A DNA stretch of 64,000 nucleotides from Polyangiaceae bacterium (lineage in GTDB: Bacteria; Myxococcota_A; Polyangia; Polyangiales; Polyangiaceae): contig CBDCTZ010000008.1 of the NCBI GenBank assembly GCA_965222375.1, positions 384,001-448,000 of the forward strand, written 5' to 3'. This document shows positions 1 to 9,811 of the stretch, piece after piece (position 1 is the first letter of the stretch; every line of letters starts with the position of its first letter). The notes beneath the pieces are model-generated. The model did no database searches. It was not told the origin of the DNA and worked only from the letters and a program-made list of their open reading frames with translations. The position numbers were made by a program, and so were the translations under genes.

Positions 1-489
1 CGGCGTAACGTCGAGCAGCGAGCAGACCGTGCTTCTTCCAGTCGAGACTCGGGCGCGGCGCGCCCGCAGCGGGACGAGCGGGACCCAGAGGCCCGAACCG
101 AGCCTCGCAGGCGGCGACGGCGGGAGCGAGACAACGATCGCAGCTCCAGACAGCAACCCTCGTACTCGACCGCGGACGCCAGCGCCCTTGAGGCTAGACC
201 GAGCGCTGACGCCCGCAAAGCCTGGCAGATCCACCGCTCGGACCCGTCGCTCGCCGAAGTGTTCGTCAACGTCGGATCCCGAGACGGAGCAAGTCAAGAT
301 CTAATCTTGGATACGCTGCAATCGAACGGCGGACTATCCGCAGACACCGCTGACTACATCAACGTGCGCCACCGTCATTCTTTTGTCGGTGTGCAACGAA
401 AAGATCTTGAAAAAGTCATCGCGGCCCTCAATGGGGTCGTCATCGCCGGAAAACAGGTCTTGGCCGAAGAGGCGCGACCTCGCACCTGA
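1..489 (+). CDS. DEAD/DEAH-box RNA helicase, C-terminal part (DbpA-type RNA-binding domain), truncated by window edge
   Basis: Frame is open from base 1 through an Arg-rich linker into VFVNVGSRDG...YINVRHRHSFVGV...ALNG...EEAR, typical of the DbpA/DeaD C-terminal domain. Confidence 0.75.
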   Translation, partial: RRNVEQRADRASSSRDSGAARPQRDERDPEARTEPRRRRRRERDNDRSSRQQPSYSTADASALEARPSADARKAWQIHRSDPSLAEVFVNVGSRDGASQDLILDTLQSNGGLSADTADYINVRHRHSFVGVQRKDLEKVIAALNGVVIAGKQVLAEEARPRT

Positions 490-535
490 AAACCTCGCGA
501 GATCGCAGAGGCGCGTGCTACGCTCAGGTGTCTTC

Positions 536-1147
536 GTGCCTGACGAGCGCCACTCCCCGCACAGTTTGAACGCACCAGTTGAACGACTGCTGCATAACGT
601 GGAGTACGGCCTCGATCACGGCTTTGCACCCCGGGAAATGATCCCGATGCTCGAGCGGCTACTAGTCAGCGTCAGCACCGGTAGCGCTTCGTGGCAGTTC
701 GCGATTCAGCAACTGGCTGAGCAACACTTGCAGGAATCTCCATGGAAGGCGGCGCTGTATGCACGCACATCGCTAGCCCACAGCGAGACGGATCCTGCCT
801 GGGCGCTGCTGGGTCTCGCTCACGCCAAGTTGGGTCACGCCCGCGCTGCGGCCCGGGCATTTCGCCGGGCGCTGTCTCTGGCGCCCTCCTGTCCGTCCTA
901 TGCCCACAATCTCGGCCATATGCTCGATGTGGCGCTGGATCGCCCCCACCAAGCACTTCCCCACCTGGCCCGGGCAGCAGCGGCGATGAAGGACGATGCG
1001 GAGGTGGTCGCATCCTATGCCCACGCTCTGCTCAGGACCGGTCAAGAAGAGCGAGCGGAGTTGCTGTTGCGCCGAGCCCTCCCGGACGGCGCCATGGGCG
1101 CACGCTGTCTGCTGGAGCGGTGGCGACAGCAAATGCGCTCCGTCTGA
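536..1147 (+). CDS. Tetratricopeptide repeat protein
   Basis: TPR-like helices (AWALLGLAHAKLGHARAAARAFRRALSLAP; YAHNLG); start is uncertain (GTG at 515 or 536). Confidence 0.7.
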   Translation: MPDERHSPHSLNAPVERLLHNVEYGLDHGFAPREMIPMLERLLVSVSTGSASWQFAIQQLAEQHLQESPWKAALYARTSLAHSETDPAWALLGLAHAKLGHARAAARAFRRALSLAPSCPSYAHNLGHMLDVALDRPHQALPHLARAAAAMKDDAEVVASYAHALLRTGQEERAELLLRRALPDGAMGARCLLERWRQQMRSV

Positions 1148-1213
1148 GCCAAGATCCCAAGCTTCGGACTCTCAGGCCTTTGCACGAGGCAAGATCGGCA
1201 CTATCTCGCGCAG

Positions 1214-2650
1214 ATGCGAGGCACCTCTCTGTTCTGTCTGAGTCTGCTGCTGACCACTTCGGCCCACGCCCAACCCGGCGCTGCTCCCGACAAGCGCGTC
1301 GATGCTCCAGCGGAAGCCACTCCCCAACCTTCAGCACCGGCGACCGCTGCGGCAAAACCACTTCCAGAGATCAACGACCCCATGCTGGCGCCGCTACCCG
1401 CGGCGCCGCGGGTGGTCAAATCCTGGCAACAGGCACTGCGACAAGTCCGGGCCCAGTCGACGACTCTGGCGCGCAGCGTCGCCCAGGCCGAACTAGCGAG
1501 CGGCCAGGCACGCCAGGCCCTTGCACGAGCACTCCCTACCCTGACCGGCACAGCGCAAATCCAGCGCCACTTGTTGACCGGCGAAGGCGTCATCTTCGGC
1601 TCATCGGGGATCTCGCAGGGCACCATCCCCGACCCATTGACCACATGGGGTGCGGGACTGTCGCTTCGGGTGCCGGTCATTGCGCCTCGCGCGTGGCATG
1701 ACCACGGGACAGCTAAGCGGGGCCGCCGTGTGGCTGCCCTGTCCCAGGAGGATGCCGAGCGCCGGGTCATCGCTGCTGTCGCCGACGCCATCGTTAGCGT
1801 CGTGACCGCCGAACGGGTGGCCGAAATCAGCCGCGTCTCGCTGAAGTCCACGCTTTCCACACTGGACCTCAACCGTCGCCGCGCCCGCCTCGGCGCCGCC
1901 AGCGCCGTGGACGTGCTCCGAGCTGAACAAGAGGTGTCACTCACTCGCGCACAGGTCGTGGGCGCCAACGAAGGCGTCCGCAGAGCTCGTGAAGCGCTCG
2001 GTGTCACGCTAGGACACTCCGTGCCGTGGAGCGTCACACCGAGCATCCGCCTCGATCAGCTTGCGGCAGACGCCAGCGCGGTCTGCAAACCCGTCGGCAA
2101 CCCCGACGACCGCGCTGACGTGAGGGCGGCGCGAGCGCGCCTCGAAATTGCTCAGCGCAACGTGAAGGCCGTGGATTGGGACTACGTTCCCACCGTGGAT
2201 TTCGTATCCAATCTAAACTACGCCTCGGAGGAACGCTTCAGCGCAAATGGCAAGCACGTGACTTGGACCATCGGCGGCGTCTTGACCTGGCCTTTGTACG
2301 ACGGCGGACTGCGCTACGGAACGCGGGCTGCCAACAAGGCGCAGCAGCGCTTGGTGCAGGAAGATGTAACGGACGCGAAGCGCGCCGCCCGGGTCGAGGC
2401 TCAACAGGCCCAGCGCGCGGTCAACGTCGCCAAGAAGAACCTGGTGGTGAGCCAGCGCACTCGGGAAATCGCCCGCCAAAGTTCGCGCCTATCGCAGATT
2501 GCCTTCACCGCGGGGCAGGGCTCCAGCTTCGAGCTCGTCGACGCTTCGCGTCGACTTCGGGAAGCAGAAATCGACTCCGCGATCAAGGAGTTCGAGCTGG
2601 TACGCGCACAAATTGCTGCGCTTCTGGCGCTCTCCAGCTGCAACGTCTGA
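1214..2650 (+). CDS. TolC-family outer membrane efflux protein
   Basis: Signal peptide, two OEP-like repeats (LPTLTG.../VPTVDF..., WPLYDGG, G..S.FEL), 478 aa. Confidence 0.85.
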   Translation: MRGTSLFCLSLLLTTSAHAQPGAAPDKRVDAPAEATPQPSAPATAAAKPLPEINDPMLAPLPAAPRVVKSWQQALRQVRAQSTTLARSVAQAELASGQARQALARALPTLTGTAQIQRHLLTGEGVIFGSSGISQGTIPDPLTTWGAGLSLRVPVIAPRAWHDHGTAKRGRRVAALSQEDAERRVIAAVADAIVSVVTAERVAEISRVSLKSTLSTLDLNRRRARLGAASAVDVLRAEQEVSLTRAQVVGANEGVRRAREALGVTLGHSVPWSVTPSIRLDQLAADASAVCKPVGNPDDRADVRAARARLEIAQRNVKAVDWDYVPTVDFVSNLNYASEERFSANGKHVTWTIGGVLTWPLYDGGLRYGTRAANKAQQRLVQEDVTDAKRAARVEAQQAQRAVNVAKKNLVVSQRTREIARQSSRLSQIAFTAGQGSSFELVDASRRLREAEIDSAIKEFELVRAQIAALLALSSCNV

Positions 2651-2655
2651 GCGCC

Positions 2656-3402
2656 ATGACGGCTCGGAAAATCCGCGCTAGCGTGCTTGCCATGTCGCGG
2701 CCGAAACCTGGCTTTGCTGTGCTCGCCGGCGCAACCCTTGTCGCGCTATTCGTCCTATTCTACATGACGTTCTTTCGCGCGCCTATCGCGCAGGCCGAAG
2801 CCGGCGGCTTCGCCCAGAAGATCTTCTACTTCCACGTTCCGTCCGCGTACGCGATGTATCTTTCGGGCGTCATCTGCTGCATCGCGAGCGGTGTATTCCT
2901 GCTGAAGTTGACCAATCGCAGCAACGCCTGGGCTCAGGCTGGCGCGGAATGCGCCACACTTTTCGGCCTCTTGATGATCACCAGCGGACCGCTCTGGGCC
3001 AAGAAGGCCTGGGGCGTGTACTGGACTTGGGACCCTCGGCTCACCACTACATTGCTGAGCCTTTTGATCTACGCAGCCATCGTCCTACTGCGGCGTTTCG
3101 GCGGCAGCGGAGAGGCGGAGCGGAAGTTCGCAGCCGCGTTGGGCGTGCTCGGTACGGTCAACCTACCGATCATCCACTACTCCGTGAAGAAGTGGGGTGG
3201 GAATCACCCCGTCGTGATCAACAAGGGGGGCGGAGGGCTTTCCCACCCGGACATGAAGCTCACGCTGACCATCGGCTTCTTGGCGTTCACCTTGCTGGCC
3301 GTAATGCTGCTCTGGCAGCGCGCGCGAACTTTGGAACTCACGGCTCGCCTTCGCGACACCGAAGAGCGGGCAATCGACGAAGGTCTCGTAAGGGAGGCAT
3401 GA
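2656..3402 (+). CDS. ccmC: Heme chaperone/exporter CcmC (cytochrome c biogenesis)
   Basis: IFYFHVP motif, Trp-rich WWD motif WAKKAWGVYWTWDPRLT, HYSV; about 6 TM helices; alternative start ATG 2692. Confidence 0.9.
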   Translation: MTARKIRASVLAMSRPKPGFAVLAGATLVALFVLFYMTFFRAPIAQAEAGGFAQKIFYFHVPSAYAMYLSGVICCIASGVFLLKLTNRSNAWAQAGAECATLFGLLMITSGPLWAKKAWGVYWTWDPRLTTTLLSLLIYAAIVLLRRFGGSGEAERKFAAALGVLGTVNLPIIHYSVKKWGGNHPVVINKGGGGLSHPDMKLTLTIGFLAFTLLAVMLLWQRARTLELTARLRDTEERAIDEGLVREA

Positions 3403-3403
3403 C

Positions 3404-3724
3404 GTGTCCGGTACTGAGCTAGCCCCGGCCAAGGGCACGACCATGGAAACCTGGCTTGGCCTTGGGCCCCGGCTAGAGCTTGCCCAAGCCGAGCCCGCGA
3501 GCTCATCCAACCCCGACGAACGAGCAACGGAGTTCGTACCCGTCGAGGGCGGCCGCGACGCAACCAGTGCCGAAACCCTGCTGGTCATCGCCTACTGTGT
3601 GCTTTGGGTGGTCATGTTCTGGTTCGTGTTTTCCACGTGGAAACGCCAAGGGACGATGGAAGCCCGGCTCGCGGATTTGGATCGCCGGCTGGAGAGCGCC
3701 CGAGGTGATTCACCGGAATCATGA
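3404..3724 (+). CDS. ccmD: CcmD-like small membrane protein
   Basis: Follows ccmC; GGAGG 6 nt before the GTG; AY..LW...F.F TM helix followed by a charged coiled tail. Confidence 0.6.
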   Translation: MSGTELAPAKGTTMETWLGLGPRLELAQAEPASSSNPDERATEFVPVEGGRDATSAETLLVIAYCVLWVVMFWFVFSTWKRQGTMEARLADLDRRLESARGDSPES

Positions 3725-3846
3725 CCCTCGAACACATGATCTACATCCCCGGGATCCTCTTGGTTGGGCTCACCGTGGGCTACATGCTCGGGGCGCGAGC
3801 TGTTCGCGCCGAGTACGACCGCATGAAGAAGCGAGCAAAGGAGTGA
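3721..3846 (+). CDS. 41-aa single-TM small protein (MTLEHMIYIPGILLVGLTVGYMLGARAVRAEYDRMKKRAKE), not in the ORF track
   Basis: ATGA overlap with the upstream stop, ends 4 nt before the next ATG, hydrophobic helix plus basic tail. Confidence 0.75.
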   Translation: MTLEHMIYIPGILLVGLTVGYMLGARAVRAEYDRMKKRAKE

Positions 3847-3850
3847 AAGC

Positions 3851-4990
3851 ATGTTGAACTTCGGTCTTTCTGAAGAACAGAACGCCCTCGTAGACATGGC
3901 ACGGCGTTTCTCCAAGGAACGCATCGTGCCGATCGCCGCCGAATGCGATCAAGAAAGCAAGTTCCCAAAGGAGGTCTTCGAGGCAGCCCACGAACTGGGC
4001 TTCGTCAACACGACCGTGCCTTCTGACTACGGCGGCCCAGGCATGGGCGAGTTGGAAAACGCCATCATCACCGAACAGCTCGCCTACGGCTGCACTGGCA
4101 TCACGACGAGTATGCTGGCCAACACCCTGGCGCTGACACCGGTCAAGCTCGGCGGTACCGAAGAGCAGAAGAAGAAGTACCTCGGCATGTTGACCACCGA
4201 ACCAAACTTCGCCAGCTACTGCACGACGGAGCCTGGCGGCGGCAGTGACGTGGCCGGCATGAAAACTCGATTCGAGGCTCATGGCGATGAATACGTGATC
4301 AACGGCGAAAAGTGCTGGATCACGAACGCCAGCTTCGCCAGCTTCTACGTGGTCTTTGCGACCAGCGACAGAGCCAAGCGTCACAAAGGCATCGCAGCGT
4401 TCATCGTAGATCGCGATACGCCGGGGCTGAAGGTCGGCAAACACGAAGACAAACTAGGCCAACGCGGCAGCGATACGGCTGCGGTGCACTTCGAGGACGT
4501 GAAGGTTCCGAAGGTCAATCTCCTGGCGCCCGAGGGCGCGGGCTTCAAGTTGGCCATGGAGACCTTCAACCAGACCCGCCCCGACATCGCCGCGTTGGCC
4601 ACGGGCCTAATGCAGCGTTGCATCGATGAATGCGTCGCGTACGCTAAGGAGCGCAAGGCCTTTGGTGTGGCCATCGCCGAGCACCAGTTGGTTCAAGCCA
4701 TGCTGGCGGAGATGGCTATCGGCACCGAGGCTACGCGGCTGCTCTACCAAAAGGCGGCATGGAACCTGGACAACGGCGTTCGCGATCCTATCGTGTCTGC
4801 CTACGCCAAGGCGTTCGGAGCAGACCGTGCCATGCAAACCGCGGTGGATGCCGTGCAGGTTTTCGGCGGCAACGGCTACGTCAAGGACTACCCGGTGGAG
4901 AAGCTGATGCGAGACGCGAAGGTCCTGCAAATCTACGAAGGCACGAGCCAGATCCAGCGCATCGTCATCGCTCGAAACATGATCCGATGA
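3851..4990 (+). CDS. Acyl-CoA dehydrogenase
   Basis: TEPGGGSD, NGEKCWITN, KLGQRGS, QVFGGNGY, IYEGTSQIQ motifs. Confidence 0.95.
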   Translation: MLNFGLSEEQNALVDMARRFSKERIVPIAAECDQESKFPKEVFEAAHELGFVNTTVPSDYGGPGMGELENAIITEQLAYGCTGITTSMLANTLALTPVKLGGTEEQKKKYLGMLTTEPNFASYCTTEPGGGSDVAGMKTRFEAHGDEYVINGEKCWITNASFASFYVVFATSDRAKRHKGIAAFIVDRDTPGLKVGKHEDKLGQRGSDTAAVHFEDVKVPKVNLLAPEGAGFKLAMETFNQTRPDIAALATGLMQRCIDECVAYAKERKAFGVAIAEHQLVQAMLAEMAIGTEATRLLYQKAAWNLDNGVRDPIVSAYAKAFGADRAMQTAVDAVQVFGGNGYVKDYPVEKLMRDAKVLQIYEGTSQIQRIVIARNMIR

Positions 4991-5041
4991 GTGACCGATA
5001 CGAGGGGGTGCCCGCCACTGCGGGCGCACCTCTCTGGCTGG

Positions 5042-6067
5042 TTAGCGCTTGCCTATGAAGACCCCGCGCCCGTTGAGTGCATGAAGCTCGGCGCGGACCT
5101 TGTTGATTCGTGGCGTGGCGCCGGAATCCCCGCGGCGCTCGCGGTGTTTCAAGAATGCCAAATCTGCCAGCAGTAGCTGCTTCTTGCGAGCTGCCATGTA
5201 GCCACCCTCACTGCCCGACAGCGCAATTAGGCCATACAGCGGTAGCAGCATGGCGCCGCTGGTGGTCAGCTTGAATTCCTTCGGGTGGCAGACCACGCCC
5301 ACTTCGTCAGCCAGTCCGCGCATCACGATCGCGCGGTCTCGGAACGCAAGGATGTAGAGCAGGACGAAGAAGAGAACCGCGAACGTCAGGAAGACGGCGA
5401 ACTTCAGCAGCACACCCCCGCAGCCAAAGAAGCTGACCAGGAAGTTGTGCAAGAAGTGCAGACCCACGGCCGCCGACCAACCGCCCACCGGTGCCAGGAT
5501 CTTCACTGGCATACTCCGGGTTTCGGACGCGATTCCCACCCCCAGGCCGGTCATGGCCGTGAAAGTGGCGTGGCCTAGCCCGCCAAAGATGGTCCGGAGC
5601 ACGAATGTCGCGCCAAAACCCACCACGCCCGCTTTCGAAGCAGCGGTCATGATGTAGAGCACGTCTTCAGTGAGAGTGAATCCCAAGCCGATGACGCCGC
5701 CGTAGATGGCTCCGTCCAGAGGGCCATCGAGCTCTCTCAACCAAAAGGCACTCGCAGCCCAGATCACCAGCAGGAAAACGCCTTTGAATGACTCTTCGAC
5801 CAGGGGAGCAACGAAGGAAGCGGTCAGGCCCTGGGCGACCGCGGCTTCGTTCATTGTGGATGGGTCAACGGCACTGGTGATGACGTAGCCGCCGATGGTG
5901 TTGAAGATCAGCGAGAAAAACGTGGCACCCAAGGCTCCCCAAAAGAAGCAGATGATCAAGAGCCACCAGGGTTCGGGCTCGTAGCGATCGACACCCTTGA
6001 TCAGCAGCCCGTAGATGAAGACGCAGATCCCCACCAGGAAAATGGCAAATATGAGCAGGAACAGCAC
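5042..6067 (-). CDS. PrsW-family intramembrane glutamic/metalloprotease
   Basis: D.YEPEP, VEESFKG, GFTLTED, HATFT and HFLHN motifs; multi-TM. Confidence 0.85.
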   Translation of the reverse strand: MLFLLIFAIFLVGICVFIYGLLIKGVDRYEPEPWWLLIICFFWGALGATFFSLIFNTIGGYVITSAVDPSTMNEAAVAQGLTASFVAPLVEESFKGVFLLVIWAASAFWLRELDGPLDGAIYGGVIGLGFTLTEDVLYIMTAASKAGVVGFGATFVLRTIFGGLGHATFTAMTGLGVGIASETRSMPVKILAPVGGWSAAVGLHFLHNFLVSFFGCGGVLLKFAVFLTFAVLFFVLLYILAFRDRAIVMRGLADEVGVVCHPKEFKLTTSGAMLLPLYGLIALSGSEGGYMAARKKQLLLADLAFLKHRERRGDSGATPRINKVRAELHALNGRGVFIGKR

Positions 6068-6191
6068 GGGGAGAGCTTAACCTGCCGGGGGACCAAACGA
6101 GCAATTGAATTGAGGGCCAAACGGGGCGAGCAAGCCATTCCTTGCTGGAGCGATTGGCATTTCGACCCCATGGCTGAGTACAGTCAGCTCA

Positions 6192-8363
6192 GTGCGGACA
6201 GCTCCTACTCTTCGCAGATTGTGGCTTCTGGCCCCCCTCCTGGGGGCTACGACGGGGCCCGCGCGAAGTGCCGACCAACCCCGGGTCGTCGTGGTCGACA
6301 AGAAGCTACTCGGCGACCGGCTGCGAGTAGGTGGCAAACCGGGAGATCTGGCACTCGTGGGCAGCGGGGTCGTTGCCGTAGTGCGCAAGAGCGACGGCTA
6401 CCTAGTCGACTTCTGGAGGCAGAAGCCCGTTGCCGCTACGGCTCCGCAACTGAAGCTCACACCCAACATCGATGGTCTCTGGATGCTGCATCCTGTCGTC
6501 ATCGATGGGCACATGCCCCACAACCTGACCGCGCACACGGTGCGAGCTGCCGGCGACGCCATCGAGGCGATCGGCGAAATGGCACTCGGCGCAGGACGCC
6601 TATCCGTCACGACCCGCTATTCGCTGAATCAAAAGAAGCCTAAAGTACTCATTGAAAGCACCCTGCAGCATACGAGTGGAGGCAAGCTCACCCACGTCGC
6701 CCTGGGTGACTTGGTCAAGTGGGGCAACGTTGACTATTTCGTCGACGGCCACGGGAAAACCCGGACCACGTTCTCGGGAATTGGACGATGGGTCGGGCGA
6801 CACGGGGCGGGCGGAGACCTGCTACTGCGAACGCTGGAAGCGAAGCGGATGACGATCTCCTATCGTGCTCGCCACGTGGGGCTGGCACCGGAGATCAAGG
6901 CTCAATATGGCTCGGGAAATCTGATTCCCGCGCAGACGTTGAAAGTCCGGCGCGAACTGAGTTTCGAAGAACTGGACACCACCAAGGCGGCGCACAAGCC
7001 AGGCGCAACCCTGATCGTGGAGCTCAAGGACGAAGCTGGCCGTCCCTTGGCGGCAAAGCTCAGTTTTCGCGGCACCGGCGGTACCCGCGATCCCAACTTT
7101 GGCAACGACGGTGACGAAACCGGCGCCGGGCGCTTCGCCTGGAGCGGCACCGGACGCTTCGTGCGGACGCTGCCGGTGGGCAAATACAAGATTCTCGCGA
7201 CCGCGGGAGTCGAGCGCGATGCCAAGAGATGGCAGATCGAAATACGTCGCCACGAAAACGTCTTCCTCAGTGGAAAATTGCCGCGAGTAGTCACTACCCC
7301 TGGGCAGATCTCGGCGGATCTTCACCTGCATCAGGCCCCAAGCATTGATGCTGACATCGGTCTCGCGACCCGGATCGTCAGCATCGCCGCGGAGGGCGTG
7401 GAACTCGCGGTGGCGAGTGATCACTACGCCGTCACAGACTTCGGGCCGATGGTTGCTGCGTTGGTCCAACACGGCGCCCTCGCAGCACCCTTGCTCACCG
7501 TAGTTGGCAGCGAAATCAGCACCGTGGGCAACCGATTTGGGCACTTCAACCTGATGCCCATGAACCCCACGGATCGAGTGGTGTTCGAAAACACTTCACC
7601 CAAGCGCATGTTCGCGGAAATGCGCAAAACCAGCCCGGGGGGATTGATCCAGGTGAACCACCCGCGATGGGACGATATCGGCTACTTCCACCGCTTCAAG
7701 CTGGATCCCAAGACATCCCGCCTGCCCTACACCATGAAGGACAAGTTCGTTTGGGACTTCGATGCGATCGAGGTCATGAACGGCGTGGACGCAACCAGCG
7801 AGGCGAAGGTCAGAAAAGTCCTATTCGACTGGATCCGGTTGATGGGACAAGGCCATCGATACGTTGGAACCGGCAGTAGCGATTCCCACAAGCTGTTCTT
7901 CGTGGACCCGGGTGTACCGCGAACCATGATTCGCCACGCGGATGGCGGAGACGACAAAACCGATCTGAACGTGACCTCCAAGGCCGCCCTAGCCGCGTTG
8001 AAGCGTGGTCAGGCTAGCGTGACCACGGGGCCCTTCATCAGCGTCACTTTGGCTGGCAAGAAGCCCGGGCAGACCGTCCGAGGCGGCGGTGAGAAGGAAT
8101 TAGCAATTCGCGTGCGTGCGGCTCCTTGGATTAGCGTGGACGAAGTGGAAGTCCTACTCGGCCCGAAGGGCAATCGGATCCGTTGGATCAGCCTGCCCAA
8201 GGGCAAGAAGGATGTGGTACGCCTGGATACCCGTCTGAAGCTGCGTATCCCTCCGAAGAGTTTTGTCGTGGTCGTGGCCAAAGGGCACACCCCCCTGCCC
8301 AACGTCTTTCAAAGCGGCATCAAGCCCTTCGCTTTCACCAACCCGATTTGGGTGGAGCCCTGA
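6192..8363 (+). CDS. Secreted PHP-domain metallohydrolase (CehA/McbA-like)
   Basis: Signal peptide; ADLHLH, SDH, GSE, GHFN, NHP, GSSDSH motifs; C-terminal AFTNPIWV. Confidence 0.8.
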   Translation: MRTAPTLRRLWLLAPLLGATTGPARSADQPRVVVVDKKLLGDRLRVGGKPGDLALVGSGVVAVVRKSDGYLVDFWRQKPVAATAPQLKLTPNIDGLWMLHPVVIDGHMPHNLTAHTVRAAGDAIEAIGEMALGAGRLSVTTRYSLNQKKPKVLIESTLQHTSGGKLTHVALGDLVKWGNVDYFVDGHGKTRTTFSGIGRWVGRHGAGGDLLLRTLEAKRMTISYRARHVGLAPEIKAQYGSGNLIPAQTLKVRRELSFEELDTTKAAHKPGATLIVELKDEAGRPLAAKLSFRGTGGTRDPNFGNDGDETGAGRFAWSGTGRFVRTLPVGKYKILATAGVERDAKRWQIEIRRHENVFLSGKLPRVVTTPGQISADLHLHQAPSIDADIGLATRIVSIAAEGVELAVASDHYAVTDFGPMVAALVQHGALAAPLLTVVGSEISTVGNRFGHFNLMPMNPTDRVVFENTSPKRMFAEMRKTSPGGLIQVNHPRWDDIGYFHRFKLDPKTSRLPYTMKDKFVWDFDAIEVMNGVDATSEAKVRKVLFDWIRLMGQGHRYVGTGSSDSHKLFFVDPGVPRTMIRHADGGDDKTDLNVTSKAALAALKRGQASVTTGPFISVTLAGKKPGQTVRGGGEKELAIRVRAAPWISVDEVEVLLGPKGNRIRWISLPKGKKDVVRLDTRLKLRIPPKSFVVVVAKGHTPLPNVFQSGIKPFAFTNPIWVEP

Positions 8364-8437
8364 GCCCCGCCTGCCAATCCCCGCCGGCCTCAGGTTTCGC
8401 TTTGCGAGGGAGGGAAACGTAGACTACCGTTCAGTCC

Positions 8438-9013
8438 GTGTTCGGGATCTCGCTCTCTGAGATCGCGCTGATCGCCGTCGTCGCGTTGGTCGTTGTCGGC
8501 CCTCAGAAGCTTCCCGGCATGCTGCGCACCCTCGGCCAATGGATGGGCAAACTCCGGCGTTTGACGACGGAGGTGCGGGCGCAGACCGGCATCGACGACA
8601 TCCTGCGCGAGGAGGGAATCGACGGGGGCCTGACTGAGCTACGCGGGATCCTGAGGGGCGATCTGCGAGCGGCCGGCCGCCTGGCCTACTCGGAATCCCG
8701 CGCAGACCCCTACCCCGAGTCGGTCGAGGAAGATCTGTTCCGCGAGTACCCGCCGGAAGGCGCGGACGCCTATGGCGCGCTGCCGGATGATCTCGTTGAC
8801 GATGACGACGACGATTACGACGACGCAGAGGATAGCGAGGGCTCAGAAGAGGCGGACAATGGAAGCGCTGAGGGCACCGATGAGCAGCCCGCCGCTGCTC
8901 CGACAGCGGGTGCCTACGCCGTGCCCGCCCTCGAGAGCAGCGCAGCCGCGGACTCGCAGCAGGAAACGCCCGCACCTTCCCCAGTTAAGCGCACGGAACC
9001 CGATCCTTCATGA
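8438..9013 (+). CDS. tatB: Twin-arginine translocase subunit TatB
   Basis: MFGISLSEI...VVGPQKLP, amphipathic helix, acidic tail; directly upstream of tatC. Confidence 0.9.
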   Translation: MFGISLSEIALIAVVALVVVGPQKLPGMLRTLGQWMGKLRRLTTEVRAQTGIDDILREEGIDGGLTELRGILRGDLRAAGRLAYSESRADPYPESVEEDLFREYPPEGADAYGALPDDLVDDDDDDYDDAEDSEGSEEADNGSAEGTDEQPAAAPTAGAYAVPALESSAAADSQQETPAPSPVKRTEPDPS

Positions 9014-9807
9014 GTGACGAGCCCGATCCCCCCGAAGCCGAAGAGGCCGCGATGACCTTCTGGGAGCATCTGGCCGAGCTTCGCTCGCGCATCCTTCGAA
9101 TGCTCCTGGCCTTCGCCATCGGCACCGGCGTGGCTTGGTTCTTCCGCGAGAGCCTGCTGCATTTGCTCACCACTCCCTTTATCAAGGCTTGGAACGAGCA
9201 ACAGCTTCCGGGCCAGGCGGCGTTGCACTTCCCAGCGCCTGCCTCCCTCTTCGTGGCCTACCTCAAGCTCGCCCTACTCGGCGGCCTGATTCTGGCTCTG
9301 CCGGTCATGCTCTATCAGCTGTGGTCGTTTGTGGCGCCGGGGCTTTACTCCGGGGAGAAGAAACTCGCCCTGCCCTTCGTCATCTCGTCTTGTGGGCTAT
9401 TTGCTCTGGGAGGCTACTTCGGCTGGCGGATCGCTTTTCCGATCGCCTTTCAATATCTCCTCGGATTCAGCGGGCCAGTGGGGGTGGAAGGCTTTGAAGT
9501 CAAACCCACCGTCATGATCGGGGACTACATCGAGTTCGTGACACGCATGTTGGTCGCCTTTGGCGCGGTGTTCGAACTGCCCGTACTGATCTTCTTTCTA
9601 AGCATTGCGGGCATCGTGACCCACAAGCATTTGATCGGTTTCGCCCGCTACTTCGTCGTCATTTCCTTCGTGCTCTCCGCGATCATCACGCCCCCGGATG
9701 TGACCAGTCAGTTCCTTCTGGCCCTCCCCCTGTGCGTCCTCTACGTTCTGTCGATTGGGATCGCGTGGTTGGTGGACTTTCGACGCCGAAAGCGCAGCAC
9801 GGCCTGA
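9010..9807 (+). CDS. tatC: Twin-arginine translocase subunit TatC
   Basis: MTFWEHLAELR, YQLWSFVAPGLY, FELP, ITPPD motifs. Confidence 0.95.
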   Translation: MSDEPDPPEAEEAAMTFWEHLAELRSRILRMLLAFAIGTGVAWFFRESLLHLLTTPFIKAWNEQQLPGQAALHFPAPASLFVAYLKLALLGGLILALPVMLYQLWSFVAPGLYSGEKKLALPFVISSCGLFALGGYFGWRIAFPIAFQYLLGFSGPVGVEGFEVKPTVMIGDYIEFVTRMLVAFGAVFELPVLIFFLSIAGIVTHKHLIGFARYFVVISFVLSAIITPPDVTSQFLLALPLCVLYVLSIGIAWLVDFRRRKRSTA

Positions 9808-9811
9808 GGGC

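Noticed and set aside
3399..3422. ATG overlapping the ccmC stop opens a 7-codon ORF, suggesting a frameshifted ccmD
   Set aside because: GGAGG is only 1 nt from this ATG but 6 nt from GTG 3404, which opens the intact CcmD-like frame
3630..3643. Palindrome TTTCCACGTGGAAA resembling parS
   Set aside because: It lacks the conserved outer GTT...AAC bases and lies in coding sequence (FSTWK)
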